A stretch of 64,000 nucleotides of DNA, taken from positions 64,001 through 128,000 of the IMG/VR virus record IMGVR_UViG_2595698649_000001. One strand, 5' to 3'. The position numbers and the translations under genes were made by a program. The notes under the pieces are model-generated. The model was not told where the DNA came from. It did not search any database and saw only the letters and a program-made list of their open reading frames with translations. Below are positions 36,912 to 47,127 of the stretch, piece after piece. How positions within the stretch are numbered: position 1 is the first letter of the stretch; each line of letters begins with the position of its first letter. Source of the stretch: a virus. Lineage: Duplodnaviria; Caudoviricetes.

Positions 36912-37902
36912 AGAAACAGGTAATGAATATGCTTCACTAGTAAGTGAAGGTGTTGAAGCAGGTGATGTAGATAGTTTCATAGATACAGGTTCGTATATGT
37001 TTAATGCCTTACTATCAGGTAGTATCAATGGTGGTTTACCAAGTAATAAAATTACGGCGATTGCAGGTGAAAGTGCAACAGGTAAAACTTTCTTTGTACT
37101 AGGTATGGTAAAAGAATTTTTACAGAATAATAAAAATGCAGGTGTAATTTACTTTGAGAGTGAAAGTGCATTAACAAAAAAATTAATTGAAGATAGAGGT
37201 ATTGATAGTGAAAGAATGATTATCATGCCTGTAACTACAGTACAAGAGTTTAGACATCAAGCGTTAACAGTATTAGAAAAATACAACGAACAAGATGAAG
37301 CAGATAGACAACCATTGTTGTTAGTCTTAGATAGTCTTGGTATGTTGTCAACAACAAAAGAAGTAGAAGACACAGCAGAGGGTAAAGAAACTAGAGATAT
37401 GACTAGAGCACAAATACTCAAAGCTGCGTTTAGAGTATTAACATTAAAACTAGGTAGAACAAAAGTACCTATGATTATTACTAATCATACATATGACGTA
37501 GTTGGTGCATATATGCCAATGAAAGAAATGGGTGGCGGTTCAGGTTTGAAATACGCTGCTAGTACAATTGTATATCTATCTAAGAAAAAAGAAAAAGAAG
37601 GTACAGACGTAGTTGGTAATATCATACATTGCAAAACTCAAAAGTCCAGATTGTCAAAAGAAAACATGATGGTTGATGTAAGATTAAGATACGATACTGG
37701 TTTAGATAAACACTATGGTTTGGTTGACTTAGCAGTTAAACATGGCATATTCAAACAAGTATCTACAAGAATAGAACTACCAGACGGTACTAAACAATAT
37801 GCGAAAAGCATATATGCTGATCCAGAAAAATATTTTACTAAAGATGTAATGAAACAATTAGACGAAGCTGCAGACAAAGAATACAGTTATGGAAACTCCT
37901 AA
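36883..37902 (+). CDS. uvsX: RecA-like recombinase UvsX
   Basis: [19 protein letters not shown] and MGGGSG motifs. Confidence 0.95.
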   Translation: MANFLKQIIKETGNEYASLVSEGVEAGDVDSFIDTGSYMFNALLSGSINGGLPSNKITAIAGESATGKTFFVLGMVKEFLQNNKNAGVIYFESESALTKKLIEDRGIDSERMIIMPVTTVQEFRHQALTVLEKYNEQDEADRQPLLLVLDSLGMLSTTKEVEDTAEGKETRDMTRAQILKAAFRVLTLKLGRTKVPMIITNHTYDVVGAYMPMKEMGGGSGLKYAASTIVYLSKKKEKEGTDVVGNIIHCKTQKSRLSKENMMVDVRLRYDTGLDKHYGLVDLAVKHGIFKQVSTRIELPDGTKQYAKSIYADPEKYFTKDVMKQLDEAADKEYSYGNS

Positions 37903-38185
37903 TTATACATACATGGAAAATCCTAAAAGTGACCTTACAGGTTTTAGGATTACTGATGGTGTGTATAAAGATGTTGTTTATACTTATGGCAAGGTTCAAC
38001 CTATTGAAGAAAACGATAAGTTGAGATTAAAGTTTGAGTATAACATTGTAGAGAATCCAAGTGGCGTAGATACGGAAGATAAAAATTTCATTAATGTCAT
38101 TGGTGACATATTAACAATAGAGGTAGAAAAAGATGGTAACAGCAGAGAGAATAGAACGGACAGCGCTCAAAAATTTAATACATAA
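37889..38185 (+). CDS. Hypothetical protein (gp40-like position)
   Basis: Between uvsX and gp41, as T4 gp40 is; synteny only. Confidence 0.45.
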   Translation: METPNYTYMENPKSDLTGFRITDGVYKDVVYTYGKVQPIEENDKLRLKFEYNIVENPSGVDTEDKNFINVIGDILTIEVEKDGNSRENRTDSAQKFNT

Positions 38186-39536
38186 CGAAGTATATACAAG
38201 AAAGGTATTACCTTTTCTTAAACCAGAATACTTTGATGACCGTAATGAACGTATTGTTTTTTCTCAAATATTAAAGTTTGTTGAACAATACAACAAACAA
38301 CCTACAAAAGAAACTCTACAAATAGATATTGGTAAACGTAAAGACTTAAACGAAAAAGAACACCAATCTATTGTAGATTTAATCTCTACACTTAATAAAG
38401 AAGACATTGACATTGATTGGTTAACAAATACTACAGAAAAGTTTTGTAAAGACCGTGCTATTCATAACGCAGTTATGGAAGGTATTCATATCTTAGATGG
38501 CAAGAATAAAAATCAAACTCCAGAAGCAATACCTGAAATAATGAAAGACGCCCTTGCTGTGTCTTTTGATAAGAATGTTGGACATGATTATTTGTCTGAT
38601 ATAGAAAAAAGATTTGATTATTACCATAAGAAAGAAAACAGAGTACCTTTTGATTTAGATTTCTTTAACAAAGTTACCAAAGGTGGTTTGCCAAATAAAA
38701 CACTTAATGTTGCTCTTGCAGGTACGGGTGTTGGTAAAACTTTATTCATGTGTCATCAAGCTGCCGCTGCCTTATCTGATAATAAGAATGTATTGTATAT
38801 CACAATGGAAATGGCAGAGGAAAGAATTGCTGAAAGAATAGACGCTAACTTATTGAATGTGTCTATGGAAGATTTACATATGTTAAACAAAAAAATGTTT
38901 AACGACAAGATTGTACAACTACAAGGCAAAACAACAGGTACAGTTATCATCAAAGAATATCCAACTGCTAGTGCAGGTGCTAATCATTATCGTGCATTAG
39001 TAAATGAATTAGCATTAAAGAAAAGTTTTAAGCCAGATATTATATTCATAGACTATATTAATATTTGTGCTTCAAGTAGATTTAAGGCAGGCAGTAATGT
39101 AAACAGTTATACTTACATTAAAGCAATCGCTGAAGAATTAAGAGGATTGGCAGTAGAATTAAATGTGCCAATTGTAACGGCAACACAAACCACAAGAACT
39201 GGTTTTGTATCCACAGATGTAGGTTTAGAAGATACCTCTGAAAGTTTTGGTTTACCAGCAACAGCAGACTTTATGTTTGCTTTAATTAGTAGTGAAGAAT
39301 TAGAAAAGGCAGGACAAATGCTTGTCAAACAATTAAAAAACAGATACAATGACCCAACAATGAACAGAAAGTTTATTATAGGTGTTGATAGAAGTAGAAT
39401 GAAATTGTTTGATATAGAACAGTCAGCACAAAATCTAATACAACCAGAGCAACAGGAGAAATATGTCCAACACAACCCTACGAAGGAAGAAACACCAGAA
39501 CAAAAATATAAAAAGTTCCAAGACTTCCAATACTAG
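38133..39536 (+). CDS. gp41: Replicative DNA helicase
   Basis: AGTGVGKT, YITMEMAEE, IDY, ESFGLPATAD and QLKNRY motifs. Confidence 0.96.
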   Translation: MVTAERIERTALKNLIHNEVYTRKVLPFLKPEYFDDRNERIVFSQILKFVEQYNKQPTKETLQIDIGKRKDLNEKEHQSIVDLISTLNKEDIDIDWLTNTTEKFCKDRAIHNAVMEGIHILDGKNKNQTPEAIPEIMKDALAVSFDKNVGHDYLSDIEKRFDYYHKKENRVPFDLDFFNKVTKGGLPNKTLNVALAGTGVGKTLFMCHQAAAALSDNKNVLYITMEMAEERIAERIDANLLNVSMEDLHMLNKKMFNDKIVQLQGKTTGTVIIKEYPTASAGANHYRALVNELALKKSFKPDIIFIDYINICASSRFKAGSNVNSYTYIKAIAEELRGLAVELNVPIVTATQTTRTGFVSTDVGLEDTSESFGLPATADFMFALISSEELEKAGQMLVKQLKNRYNDPTMNRKFIIGVDRSRMKLFDIEQSAQNLIQPEQQEKYVQHNPTKEETPEQKYKKFQDFQY

Positions 39537-39732
39537 TTATCACTTAGAAGTTAAATCTAAGAAGAAAGGTAACAAGATAGTATTTGAAGTATGGCAGACT
39601 GATAGAAACGGTCAAACAGGCAGAATACAGACCTTTGCCTTTCGTAAAGACGCCAAACATCTAGCAGACTTTCACAATGAAAATCAACCTTGGAAAGTAA
39701 ATGGTGGTCTTCCTAAGTTTTTCTACGACTAA
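39463..39732 (+). CDS. Small basic hypothetical protein
   Basis: AGGAG SD; C-terminal W..NGGLP.F motif. Confidence 0.55.
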   Translation: MSNTTLRRKKHQNKNIKSSKTSNTSYHLEVKSKKKGNKIVFEVWQTDRNGQTGRIQTFAFRKDAKHLADFHNENQPWKVNGGLPKFFYD

Positions 39733-39766
39733 ATAGTAACATAACTATTATGGAGGCATTGATAAA

Positions 39767-40825
39767 ATGTTAAGTTTTACTGGATATTCAAACTTATCTG
39801 AAGCACGAAGTCGTGGTGAAGAAATGGAAGAACTGATTATTGCAGCTGTCAACGGTCAGAAAGAACCCAAATCTAAGTTTGGTATAATCCCAGGCGCAGG
39901 TAAAAATGTTGCCAAATTTCTCAAAGCAAAAGGTATTAGAGGTAAAGGACAAGTCCTTGGTGCAGATACTATTAATGTAACACCAGAGTGGACTAGTTAT
40001 TGGCCGGGTGGGTCAGTACCAGGTTCTACTAAAACACCTAAAACAGACTTCACAATAGGAAATAATAAAATCTCCCTTAAATCAGGTAGTGCTGCTCAGT
40101 TAATGAGTGGTGGTCGTAATGAGAGTATTGCAACTTTCTATACAGCATTAAAGAGTGTAGAAGGTATGCAGAAAAAAGTTGTTAACAAATTAACAGATAT
40201 GTTTGAAGGATTGGCACCTGCTTCAGTTGCAGGTAGTGAATTGGGAAAAGAAATTAAAAAAGGTAAAGATAAGGCAGTTATGAAAGCAAACGCTGCTCAT
40301 AAAGAATTAATGGGCGAACTAAGAGTTATCTTTGCAAAGAACAAAGTCTTTTCAAATGCTTTTGCTTATGAAGCAATGTCTGGTGATACCAAGTTTGGTA
40401 AAAAATCTCCAGGTAGTTGTACTCATTTTCTTACAGTATCATTTGATGGTAAGAAAGCACATTTAAAAAAAGTAAGTGATAAAGCATATGTACAGAAAAT
40501 TGCTGACCAAATGAAAGTGTCAGTACGTTTTAAATCATCATCACAAAAAGTTGGTGGTAAAAAGACAGGCAAATACAAGTATTGGTCTGCCGTAGGGTTA
40601 ATAGTTGACAAACTGGAAGAAGAAATGAGACCTATTGAGGGACAATTATTACACGAAGGTGTATTAGATAAACTCAAAGATATCTATGGAAAAGTAAAAG
40701 ACTTTATAGTTAACTTATTCAAAAAGATAATGGAATATATTTCAAAAGGTTTTAGTAATCTAATTGATTTTTTAGATTTAGAACCACAAGTAGATGTTGA
40801 CCCAACGGTAAGAACAGATGTATAA
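39767..40825 (+). CDS. Putative PD-(D/E)xK nuclease-like late protein with capsid-targeting-like N-terminus
   Basis: MLSFTGYSNLSE; E..E helix, TPKTD...ISLK catalytic-like pattern; CTAAATA late promoter at 39729. Confidence 0.5.
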   Translation: MLSFTGYSNLSEARSRGEEMEELIIAAVNGQKEPKSKFGIIPGAGKNVAKFLKAKGIRGKGQVLGADTINVTPEWTSYWPGGSVPGSTKTPKTDFTIGNNKISLKSGSAAQLMSGGRNESIATFYTALKSVEGMQKKVVNKLTDMFEGLAPASVAGSELGKEIKKGKDKAVMKANAAHKELMGELRVIFAKNKVFSNAFAYEAMSGDTKFGKKSPGSCTHFLTVSFDGKKAHLKKVSDKAYVQKIADQMKVSVRFKSSSQKVGGKKTGKYKYWSAVGLIVDKLEEEMRPIEGQLLHEGVLDKLKDIYGKVKDFIVNLFKKIMEYISKGFSNLIDFLDLEPQVDVDPTVRTDV

Positions 40826-42050
40826 CGATTTATTAGTAGAAGATAAAAACACACACCTAGAACATTTAGAAGATGATATCATCAATAATGGTTATGCAGG
40901 TGGAGAAAATGCAGTAAACTTTCTTAAAGCAACAGCAGACTTATTATCAGGTAATTCAACTAAGAGTGTAAACGTAACTGTCAAATGGGACGGTGCGCCA
41001 GCAATAGTTTGTGGACCTAGTCCTGAAAATGGCAAATTCTTTGTAGGTACAAAATCAGTATTCAACAAAACACCTAAAATAAATTATACAGTACAAGATA
41101 TTAAAAACAATCACACAGGTGAAGTTGCAAATATTTTACAAGATTGTTTAAGATACCTTTCTACACTAGGTCTCAAAGAGATATTACAAGGTGACTTATT
41201 GTATAGACAAGGTACAGTAAAGAAAACAACTTACAAATCATCAAGTGGTAAATCTGAACAGATGTTATCCTTTCAACCTAATACTATTGTTTATATGGTA
41301 CCAGAAGCGTCTGGTTTAGGTCGTAAAATTAATTCAAGTAAATTAGGTATTATATTTCATACAACTTACAAAGGTAAAACTTTTGATAAGTTAAGTGCCA
41401 AGTTTGGTGCTAATGTATCTAAACTAAGAAGAAGTCCAAGTGTCTTCTTTGATGACGCAAGTTATAAAGATGTATCTGGTGTTGCTACAATGACTATTGG
41501 CGAAATGCAATCTTTTCAAAAGATATTAAACATGGCAGGTGGGTCATTAAAAAAATCAAAAGAATTATTAAACAAAATTAAAACTGAAACAAATACATTA
41601 TCAGTAGGTGTACAATTAAAAACATATCTAAACAGTTTCATTCGTGCTGCCACAGATTTACCAAGTACAAAAGAAACAGCAAGTAAGTTTAGAAAGTTTT
41701 TCTTAGATAGAACACAAAAAGAAATTGATAGTAAAAAAACTGATAAGGGTAAAGAGAAATATATTATAGTGCAAAAAGAAGGACTTAAATTTATTGATAG
41801 TCAAAACGAAAAGATATATTTTGCATGTGCTACATATAAGACTTTACAGACAGCAAAATCAGTTTTGATAGATAAATTAAACAAAGCAAAATCAATAGGA
41901 ACATATAAGACAACACCAAAAGGATTACAAGTAACTAATCCAGAAGGTTATGTTGCTGTTGACAAATCAGGTAAAGCAGTTAAGTTAGTTGATAGATTAG
42001 AGTTTAGTGTACAAAACTTTACTGCTGCTAAAAATTGGGATAAAAAATAA
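40818..42050 (+). CDS. RNA ligase (Rnl1)-like nucleotidyltransferase (DUF6267-like)
   Basis: Motif I TVKWDG, Ia FVGTKS, III ILQGDL, IV-V EGYVAVDKSGKAVKL (T4 Rnl1 as recalled: EGYVAVMKDGSHFKI). Confidence 0.6.
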   Translation: MYNDLLVEDKNTHLEHLEDDIINNGYAGGENAVNFLKATADLLSGNSTKSVNVTVKWDGAPAIVCGPSPENGKFFVGTKSVFNKTPKINYTVQDIKNNHTGEVANILQDCLRYLSTLGLKEILQGDLLYRQGTVKKTTYKSSSGKSEQMLSFQPNTIVYMVPEASGLGRKINSSKLGIIFHTTYKGKTFDKLSAKFGANVSKLRRSPSVFFDDASYKDVSGVATMTIGEMQSFQKILNMAGGSLKKSKELLNKIKTETNTLSVGVQLKTYLNSFIRAATDLPSTKETASKFRKFFLDRTQKEIDSKKTDKGKEKYIIVQKEGLKFIDSQNEKIYFACATYKTLQTAKSVLIDKLNKAKSIGTYKTTPKGLQVTNPEGYVAVDKSGKAVKLVDRLEFSVQNFTAAKNWDKK

Positions 42051-42562
42051 TGGCTAAAAAAGGACTCTGGTATTACATGAACAAGAGGCGAAAAGAGGGT
42101 AAACCTAAACGTAAACCAGGCGAAAAAGGTTATCCAGGACCAGGTGCATTTGATAGAGCAAAAAGTGAAGACGCTAAAGACAATCTATTAGGCACACCTG
42201 AGTTAACAAACAAATATAAAAAAGATACACCAGGACAAGAAAATATAAATGTGCCTATTAAAGTAGGTGATACTGTTAAAGGTGGTAAGTTTAAAAACAA
42301 ATCTATCAAAGTTAAAAAGATAGGTAAGAATGATAAAAACGATATAACAATTAATGACAAACCGTTATTAAGAGTAAGACCACAAGTAGAAGGTTTCAAA
42401 GAATTTATAATGAAATACTTAGAACAGGCACCTAATACAGCAGACGCAATGAAAAGACACAAAGCAGGTAAAGCAGGTTTTACAGACAAAGCACATTTGA
42501 AAGCAAAAGGTTTAATACCTCGTTCAGATGGAGAAAAAAGAAAGAGTGATAAGTACAAATAA
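42050..42562 (+). CDS. Basic modular protein (short modules, SH3/KOW-like middle)
   Basis: Lys-rich; IKVGDTV..GKFKNK module; internal GFKEFIMKYLE resembles a capsid-targeting sequence. Confidence 0.55.
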   Translation: MAKKGLWYYMNKRRKEGKPKRKPGEKGYPGPGAFDRAKSEDAKDNLLGTPELTNKYKKDTPGQENINVPIKVGDTVKGGKFKNKSIKVKKIGKNDKNDITINDKPLLRVRPQVEGFKEFIMKYLEQAPNTADAMKRHKAGKAGFTDKAHLKAKGLIPRSDGEKRKSDKYK

Positions 42563-43224
42563 TGATACCATTTATTTTAAAAGAAGGTTTATATGACCCA
42601 GGTATATTCAAAGCATTTTTCCTTGCAGGTGGTCCTGGTTCAGGTAAAACATATGTTACAAATAAAGTAATGGGTGGTATGGGACTAAAGAATATTAATA
42701 GTGATAGAGCATTTGAAATAGGTTTAAAAAGGGCAGGTCTATCTTTAAAAATGCCTGAAGATGAGGCAAAGAAAAGAGACCCAATTAGATTGCGTGCCAA
42801 AGAATTGACAGGCAAAGCATTAGAGAATTACATACAAGGTCGTTTAGGTCTTGTTGTAGATAGTACAGGTAGAGATTATGAGAGTATAGCAAGACCAGTT
42901 TCATTATTAAAACAAATGGGATATGATTGCTATATGGTATTTGTGAATACGAGTTTAGAAGTTGCAATGGTAAGGAATACAGAAAGAGAAAGAACTGTAC
43001 CACCTGAAATTGTAAAGAATAACTGGAATACTGTACAACAAAATATAGGTAAGTTTCAAAGACTATTTGGTCAACAGAAAATGATTATCATTGATAATAA
43101 TAAGGCAGACGAAAAAATTATTACCAATGTATATAAACAAGTTGCCAAGTTTGTGAAAAAACCTGTAGATAATCACATTGCAAAACAATGGATTAGAAAA
43201 GAAACAGATAAGAGAAAAAGATGA
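42562..43224 (+). CDS. P-loop kinase (zeta toxin/PNK-kinase-like)
   Basis: LAGGPGSGKT, INSD, VVDSTG and RNTERER lid; N-terminus MIPFILKE|G. Confidence 0.8.
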   Translation: MIPFILKEGLYDPGIFKAFFLAGGPGSGKTYVTNKVMGGMGLKNINSDRAFEIGLKRAGLSLKMPEDEAKKRDPIRLRAKELTGKALENYIQGRLGLVVDSTGRDYESIARPVSLLKQMGYDCYMVFVNTSLEVAMVRNTERERTVPPEIVKNNWNTVQQNIGKFQRLFGQQKMIIIDNNKADEKIITNVYKQVAKFVKKPVDNHIAKQWIRKETDKRKR

Positions 43225-45011
43225 AGACATTAAAGGAATTACTAAGAAAGAAAGTTGGAAGAAAACAACCAGTTGTATTTGCATTTGGTCGTTTAAATCC
43301 ACCTACTGTAGGTCATCAAAAACTGATTGACAAAGTAATTACTATGGCAAAACGAGTGAAAGGTTTGCCTGTTTTATATGTTAGTGCTTCACAGGATAAA
43401 AACAAAAATCCTTTAACAGTAAAACAAAAACTAGATTATTTAAAGAAGATATACCCTCGTGGTATAAAATTAATGCCTGCTACAAGCAACGAAAGAACAT
43501 TTATGGAAATATTAAAGAATAACTTTGATAAAAGATATACAGATGTTTATATGGTTGCAGGTAGTGATAGAGTATTAGAGTTTAAAAAACTAATTAAAAA
43601 ATACAACGGTAAAGATTACAATTTTGATACCGTTAATGTAGTGAGTGCAGGTGAAAGAGATCCAGACGCTGAAGGCGTTTCAGGTATGTCTGCTAGTAAA
43701 ATGAGAGCGCTCGCAAAAGTAAACAATTATAAAGATTTTAGGAGTGGTCTTATGAAGAACACAAAGGAGAAAGACGCAATGAAAGTATTTAAAGATTTGA
43801 AAAATCAAATGGGTGTAAGAGAAGATATGTTACCACCTAGTACAAGTAGTGAGAGTGACGAGTTAAATATTATTAGAGAAAATTATCATGCAGGAGAAAT
43901 ATTTAATATTAATGAAACAGTTGAAAATTTAAAAGATGGTAGTATAGGTAAGATTATTAAAAGAGGACCTAACTACGTTCAATACGAAATGGAAGACGGT
44001 GGTGTTAAACGTGCATGGTTAGATGATATCGTTCCAACTGAGGATACGGTAAATGAAGAATTGATTAATGAAAATGTTGACCAGAAGAAATTAGTATTAC
44101 AAAAGAATAGTGATAAACTAGTTTCATTTAAAAGTTTTGATGAAGAAATCAACGCAGCTTCTAATCAACAAGATGTAAATGTTGATGACGAAGATAAAGC
44201 GAGAGAAGATAATGAGAAGAAAGATAAACAAAAGAATAAAGTAAAAACACCTGGACAACCAGATACATTTGATAGTTATACTGATACTCATATTAGTAAT
44301 GACCAGAAAAGTAACACTAGAAAGTTTAGTCAAGTTACACCAGGACAAGAAAGAGATTATGAAAAACTTGTGGCAAACAGAATGTTCACTAAGTTTGAAG
44401 GTGTTGATAGAGTTGCACAGGATCCAGATATTAAAAAGAAAGATGGTACACAACCTAAGAAATACTATTCTGGTTTAAAGAAGTCAACTAAATCTGCTAG
44501 AGACGCACACTTTAAAAAAGGTGCAAAAATGGATGACGATAATCCATCAGCATATAAACCGGCACCTGGTGATAGTAAAGGTAAAACTAAACCTAGCACA
44601 CATACACAAAAATTTAAAAAGATGTTTGGTGAAGTTGATGAAGAAGCATTATCTGCTAATGATATTAGAGATTGGTCATTATTACCAGAAACTATTGATA
44701 TGTTTAAAGACAAATATCAAACTGACTGGAAAATTGAACTAGACAATACAATTGCTGAAATGATGAAAGACATTGAGATAGATGAAACTGCTACAGCAGC
44801 GATTAAGAATAAAGCAGATAAATCTGGTATGCCGGCAGGTGTATTAAGAAAAGTATATAATCGTGGAGTTGCTGCCTGGAGAACAGGACATAGACCAGGA
44901 ACTACACCACAACAATGGGGTCTTGCAAGAGTTAATTCATTTGTTACTAAATCAAGTGGCACATGGGGTAAAGCAGACGCTGACTTGGCGAAACAAGTTA
45001 GAGGAAGTTAA
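43221..45011 (+). CDS. Cytidylyltransferase-like (HIGH) domain fused to SH3-like and small C-terminal modules
   Basis: FGRLNPPTVGH, VAGSDR and MSASKMR motifs; C-terminal YNRGVAAW..QQWGLARVNSF module (DUF5824-like). Confidence 0.8.
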   Translation: MKTLKELLRKKVGRKQPVVFAFGRLNPPTVGHQKLIDKVITMAKRVKGLPVLYVSASQDKNKNPLTVKQKLDYLKKIYPRGIKLMPATSNERTFMEILKNNFDKRYTDVYMVAGSDRVLEFKKLIKKYNGKDYNFDTVNVVSAGERDPDAEGVSGMSASKMRALAKVNNYKDFRSGLMKNTKEKDAMKVFKDLKNQMGVREDMLPPSTSSESDELNIIRENYHAGEIFNINETVENLKDGSIGKIIKRGPNYVQYEMEDGGVKRAWLDDIVPTEDTVNEELINENVDQKKLVLQKNSDKLVSFKSFDEEINAASNQQDVNVDDEDKAREDNEKKDKQKNKVKTPGQPDTFDSYTDTHISNDQKSNTRKFSQVTPGQERDYEKLVANRMFTKFEGVDRVAQDPDIKKKDGTQPKKYYSGLKKSTKSARDAHFKKGAKMDDDNPSAYKPAPGDSKGKTKPSTHTQKFKKMFGEVDEEALSANDIRDWSLLPETIDMFKDKYQTDWKIELDNTIAEMMKDIEIDETATAAIKNKADKSGMPAGVLRKVYNRGVAAWRTGHRPGTTPQQWGLARVNSFVTKSSGTWGKADADLAKQVRGS

Positions 45012-45412
45012 TGACTTTTGAATTTAAACACCCTAGTAAATATAAGACAGTAAAGGAAGTAAAGGAAGAAACAATGGTAAAATCATTTAAAGAAGTAGAG
45101 GAGATTGACGCTATCTGTGAGCAACAATACCAAGATTTGCCTTTAGAAGAAGCAGAATTTCAAGGTAAGAAAGTTACACTTAACGACCCAATTCGTGGTG
45201 GTTCAAAGAAATTTTATGTATATGTTAAAGACGGTGACAAAGTAAAAAAAGTTTCTTTTGGTGATACGACAGGTTTAAGTATTAAACGTGACGATCCTGC
45301 TAGGCGTAAATCTTTTAGAGCAAGACATAACTGTGACCAGAAGAAAGATAAGACAACGGCAGGTTACTGGTCATGTTATCAATGGCGTGCAGGCGCTAAG
45401 GTTAATAATTAG
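45011..45412 (+). CDS. Conserved small phage protein (RRKSFRARHNC family)
   Basis: KKFYVYV..VKKVSFGD..DPARRKSFRARHNC..YWSC. Confidence 0.65.
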   Translation: MTFEFKHPSKYKTVKEVKEETMVKSFKEVEEIDAICEQQYQDLPLEEAEFQGKKVTLNDPIRGGSKKFYVYVKDGDKVKKVSFGDTTGLSIKRDDPARRKSFRARHNCDQKKDKTTAGYWSCYQWRAGAKVNN

Positions 45413-45420
45413 TATAAATA
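45413..45420 (+). promoter_or_regulatory. Late promoter TATAAATA
   Basis: Exact consensus 9 nt before ATG 45429. Confidence 0.75.
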
Positions 45421-45428
45421 GTAAAGTT

Positions 45429-46547
45429 ATGACAAGATACACAAAAACAATGGCGGAAGCCTACAGAGAAGTCAACGAGGATCCAATTGCGAAAGCACAG
45501 GATAAACTAGACGCAACAAAGAAAATTGCTGCCTTAAAAAAACAAATTGACCAAATAAAACAAGACCAAAAAGCAGACGCTGCTAGAGACGCAGCTGCAC
45601 CTAAACCGGCAGCAGAAGCAGTTGATAGTGACGATACTGGTGGTGAAGCAGAAACAGATATGATAATGAACCAAGTGAAACAAATGCGACACTTCTTAGA
45701 CGGTATTGAAAAAATGGTAGGTGCAGACGGCGATGTTGAAGAATGGGTACAAAACAAAATTACTAAAGCAACTGATTATCTGAAAACTGCTTACTCATAC
45801 AAAACAGGTGAGACAAACGAAGAAATCGCACCTGCTATAGCAGGTCTTGCTAGAGCGGCAGCATCAGGCGCTGGACAAGGCGCTGGCGCAGCTGTGGCAA
45901 ACAGAGCAATGGATAAGATGAACGCAAGTAAGAAAATGGATCCTAAACAACATGTTGCTAAGAGTAAAAAGAATCCAGATATGTATTGTGTATTTGATAA
46001 AGATGGTAATGAAGTTAAATTATTCAAAGATAAAAAAGACGCTGAAGAATATGCAATTAAAAACCATGACAAGTTAATGGAAAACATGATATTAGAATTT
46101 ACAGATGCTCAAATAAAGAGACTGAAAAAAGAATACGAACCACTACGAGGTAAAGAAACTGGAATAAATCCAGAGAAGTTTAAAAAACTTCGTGTTATGT
46201 TAAGTAGAATGACTAAAGATATGTTGTTGAAATTAGTTAAGGCAGATTTGCCTATAATTACATCAGCTGCGAAAGCAAGATTAGTTGTTCATCATGGAAT
46301 GAAGTGGTCACAATTACCAGAAGAACTGGTAGCGTATATTGACTTAGAACAATTAGACGAAGCTAAATCTAAGTTTAAAAGTGTAGAACCAAAAGTAATT
46401 GATAGAGTAGAAAAAATGATGAGAGGTAGTAGAGACGAAAAGAACTCTATTGCTAATCTATTAAATTACTTAATGCCACCTGAAGTTGTTGATATGATTA
46501 GGTACAAACTAAAAATAACACAACCAAGAGGCAAAATTAAATTTTAA
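45429..46547 (+). CDS. Modular putative internal head polyprotein
   Basis: Start at 45429 after the late promoter; short modules separated by VNE, TNEE, LME, ILE and LDE. Confidence 0.6.
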   Translation: MTRYTKTMAEAYREVNEDPIAKAQDKLDATKKIAALKKQIDQIKQDQKADAARDAAAPKPAAEAVDSDDTGGEAETDMIMNQVKQMRHFLDGIEKMVGADGDVEEWVQNKITKATDYLKTAYSYKTGETNEEIAPAIAGLARAAASGAGQGAGAAVANRAMDKMNASKKMDPKQHVAKSKKNPDMYCVFDKDGNEVKLFKDKKDAEEYAIKNHDKLMENMILEFTDAQIKRLKKEYEPLRGKETGINPEKFKKLRVMLSRMTKDMLLKLVKADLPIITSAAKARLVVHHGMKWSQLPEELVAYIDLEQLDEAKSKFKSVEPKVIDRVEKMMRGSRDEKNSIANLLNYLMPPEVVDMIRYKLKITQPRGKIKF

Positions 46548-46559
46548 AGGGAGACTAAA

Positions 46560-47126
46560 ATGTCAAAAGATAAAAACGGAATTGTGGGTTGGAACTCTAG
46601 TTACTTTGGTGAAGCAAAACCAGGGTCATTAGCAAAAACAATCGCAGATATAACAAACAAACAAAACGACTTAGTTGGTGGTAAACCAGAAGTCGCAGAT
46701 AGTCAAGCAGCTATGGCTGCAAAAGCAAAAAAAGAATTAGCACAAGAGGGTAAATTACCACCTGCTCTTCAAAAAGCAATTGACGCCAAAAAAGAAAAAG
46801 AAGGCGACAAAGAGAAAAAAGAAGATGAAGACATGGCACAAAAAGAACCTAAGTCTAAAGACAAAGGTGCTATAAAAGTACATGGTGAAGATGTGAACAA
46901 AGAGATTGAAGCTGCTCAACAAGGTAAAATCAAATCACTAGTAGATACTATTATTGATATGTACAAAACTAATGAAGCGAGTATGGATAAAGTAAATCCA
47001 GTTGCAGTAAAGAAAAAGTTTGACGACAGAAAAGACAAAGACATTGATAACGATGGCGATGTTGATAGTTCAGACAAATTTCTTCACAAAAGAAGAAAAG
47101 CAATATCTAAAGCAGTAAGTAAGTAA
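46560..47126 (+). CDS. Modular charged protein with EF-hand-like DIDNDGDVD repeat
   Basis: Modules bounded by FGE, AQE and TNE; ends KDIDNDGDVDSSDKFLHKRRKAI. Confidence 0.6.
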   Translation: MSKDKNGIVGWNSSYFGEAKPGSLAKTIADITNKQNDLVGGKPEVADSQAAMAAKAKKELAQEGKLPPALQKAIDAKKEKEGDKEKKEDEDMAQKEPKSKDKGAIKVHGEDVNKEIEAAQQGKIKSLVDTIIDMYKTNEASMDKVNPVAVKKKFDDRKDKDIDNDGDVDSSDKFLHKRRKAISKAVSK

Positions 47127-47127
47127 T

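Noticed and set aside
42562-43224. Zeta toxin-antitoxin module
   Set aside because: No epsilon-like partner; the context of late enzymes favours a general P-loop kinase.
43221-45011. NAD+ reconstitution pathway (NMNAT/Nampt type)
   Set aside because: A HIGH-family domain is present, but no nicotinamide phosphoribosyltransferase or PRPP-synthetase-like partner is in the window; substrate cannot be assigned.
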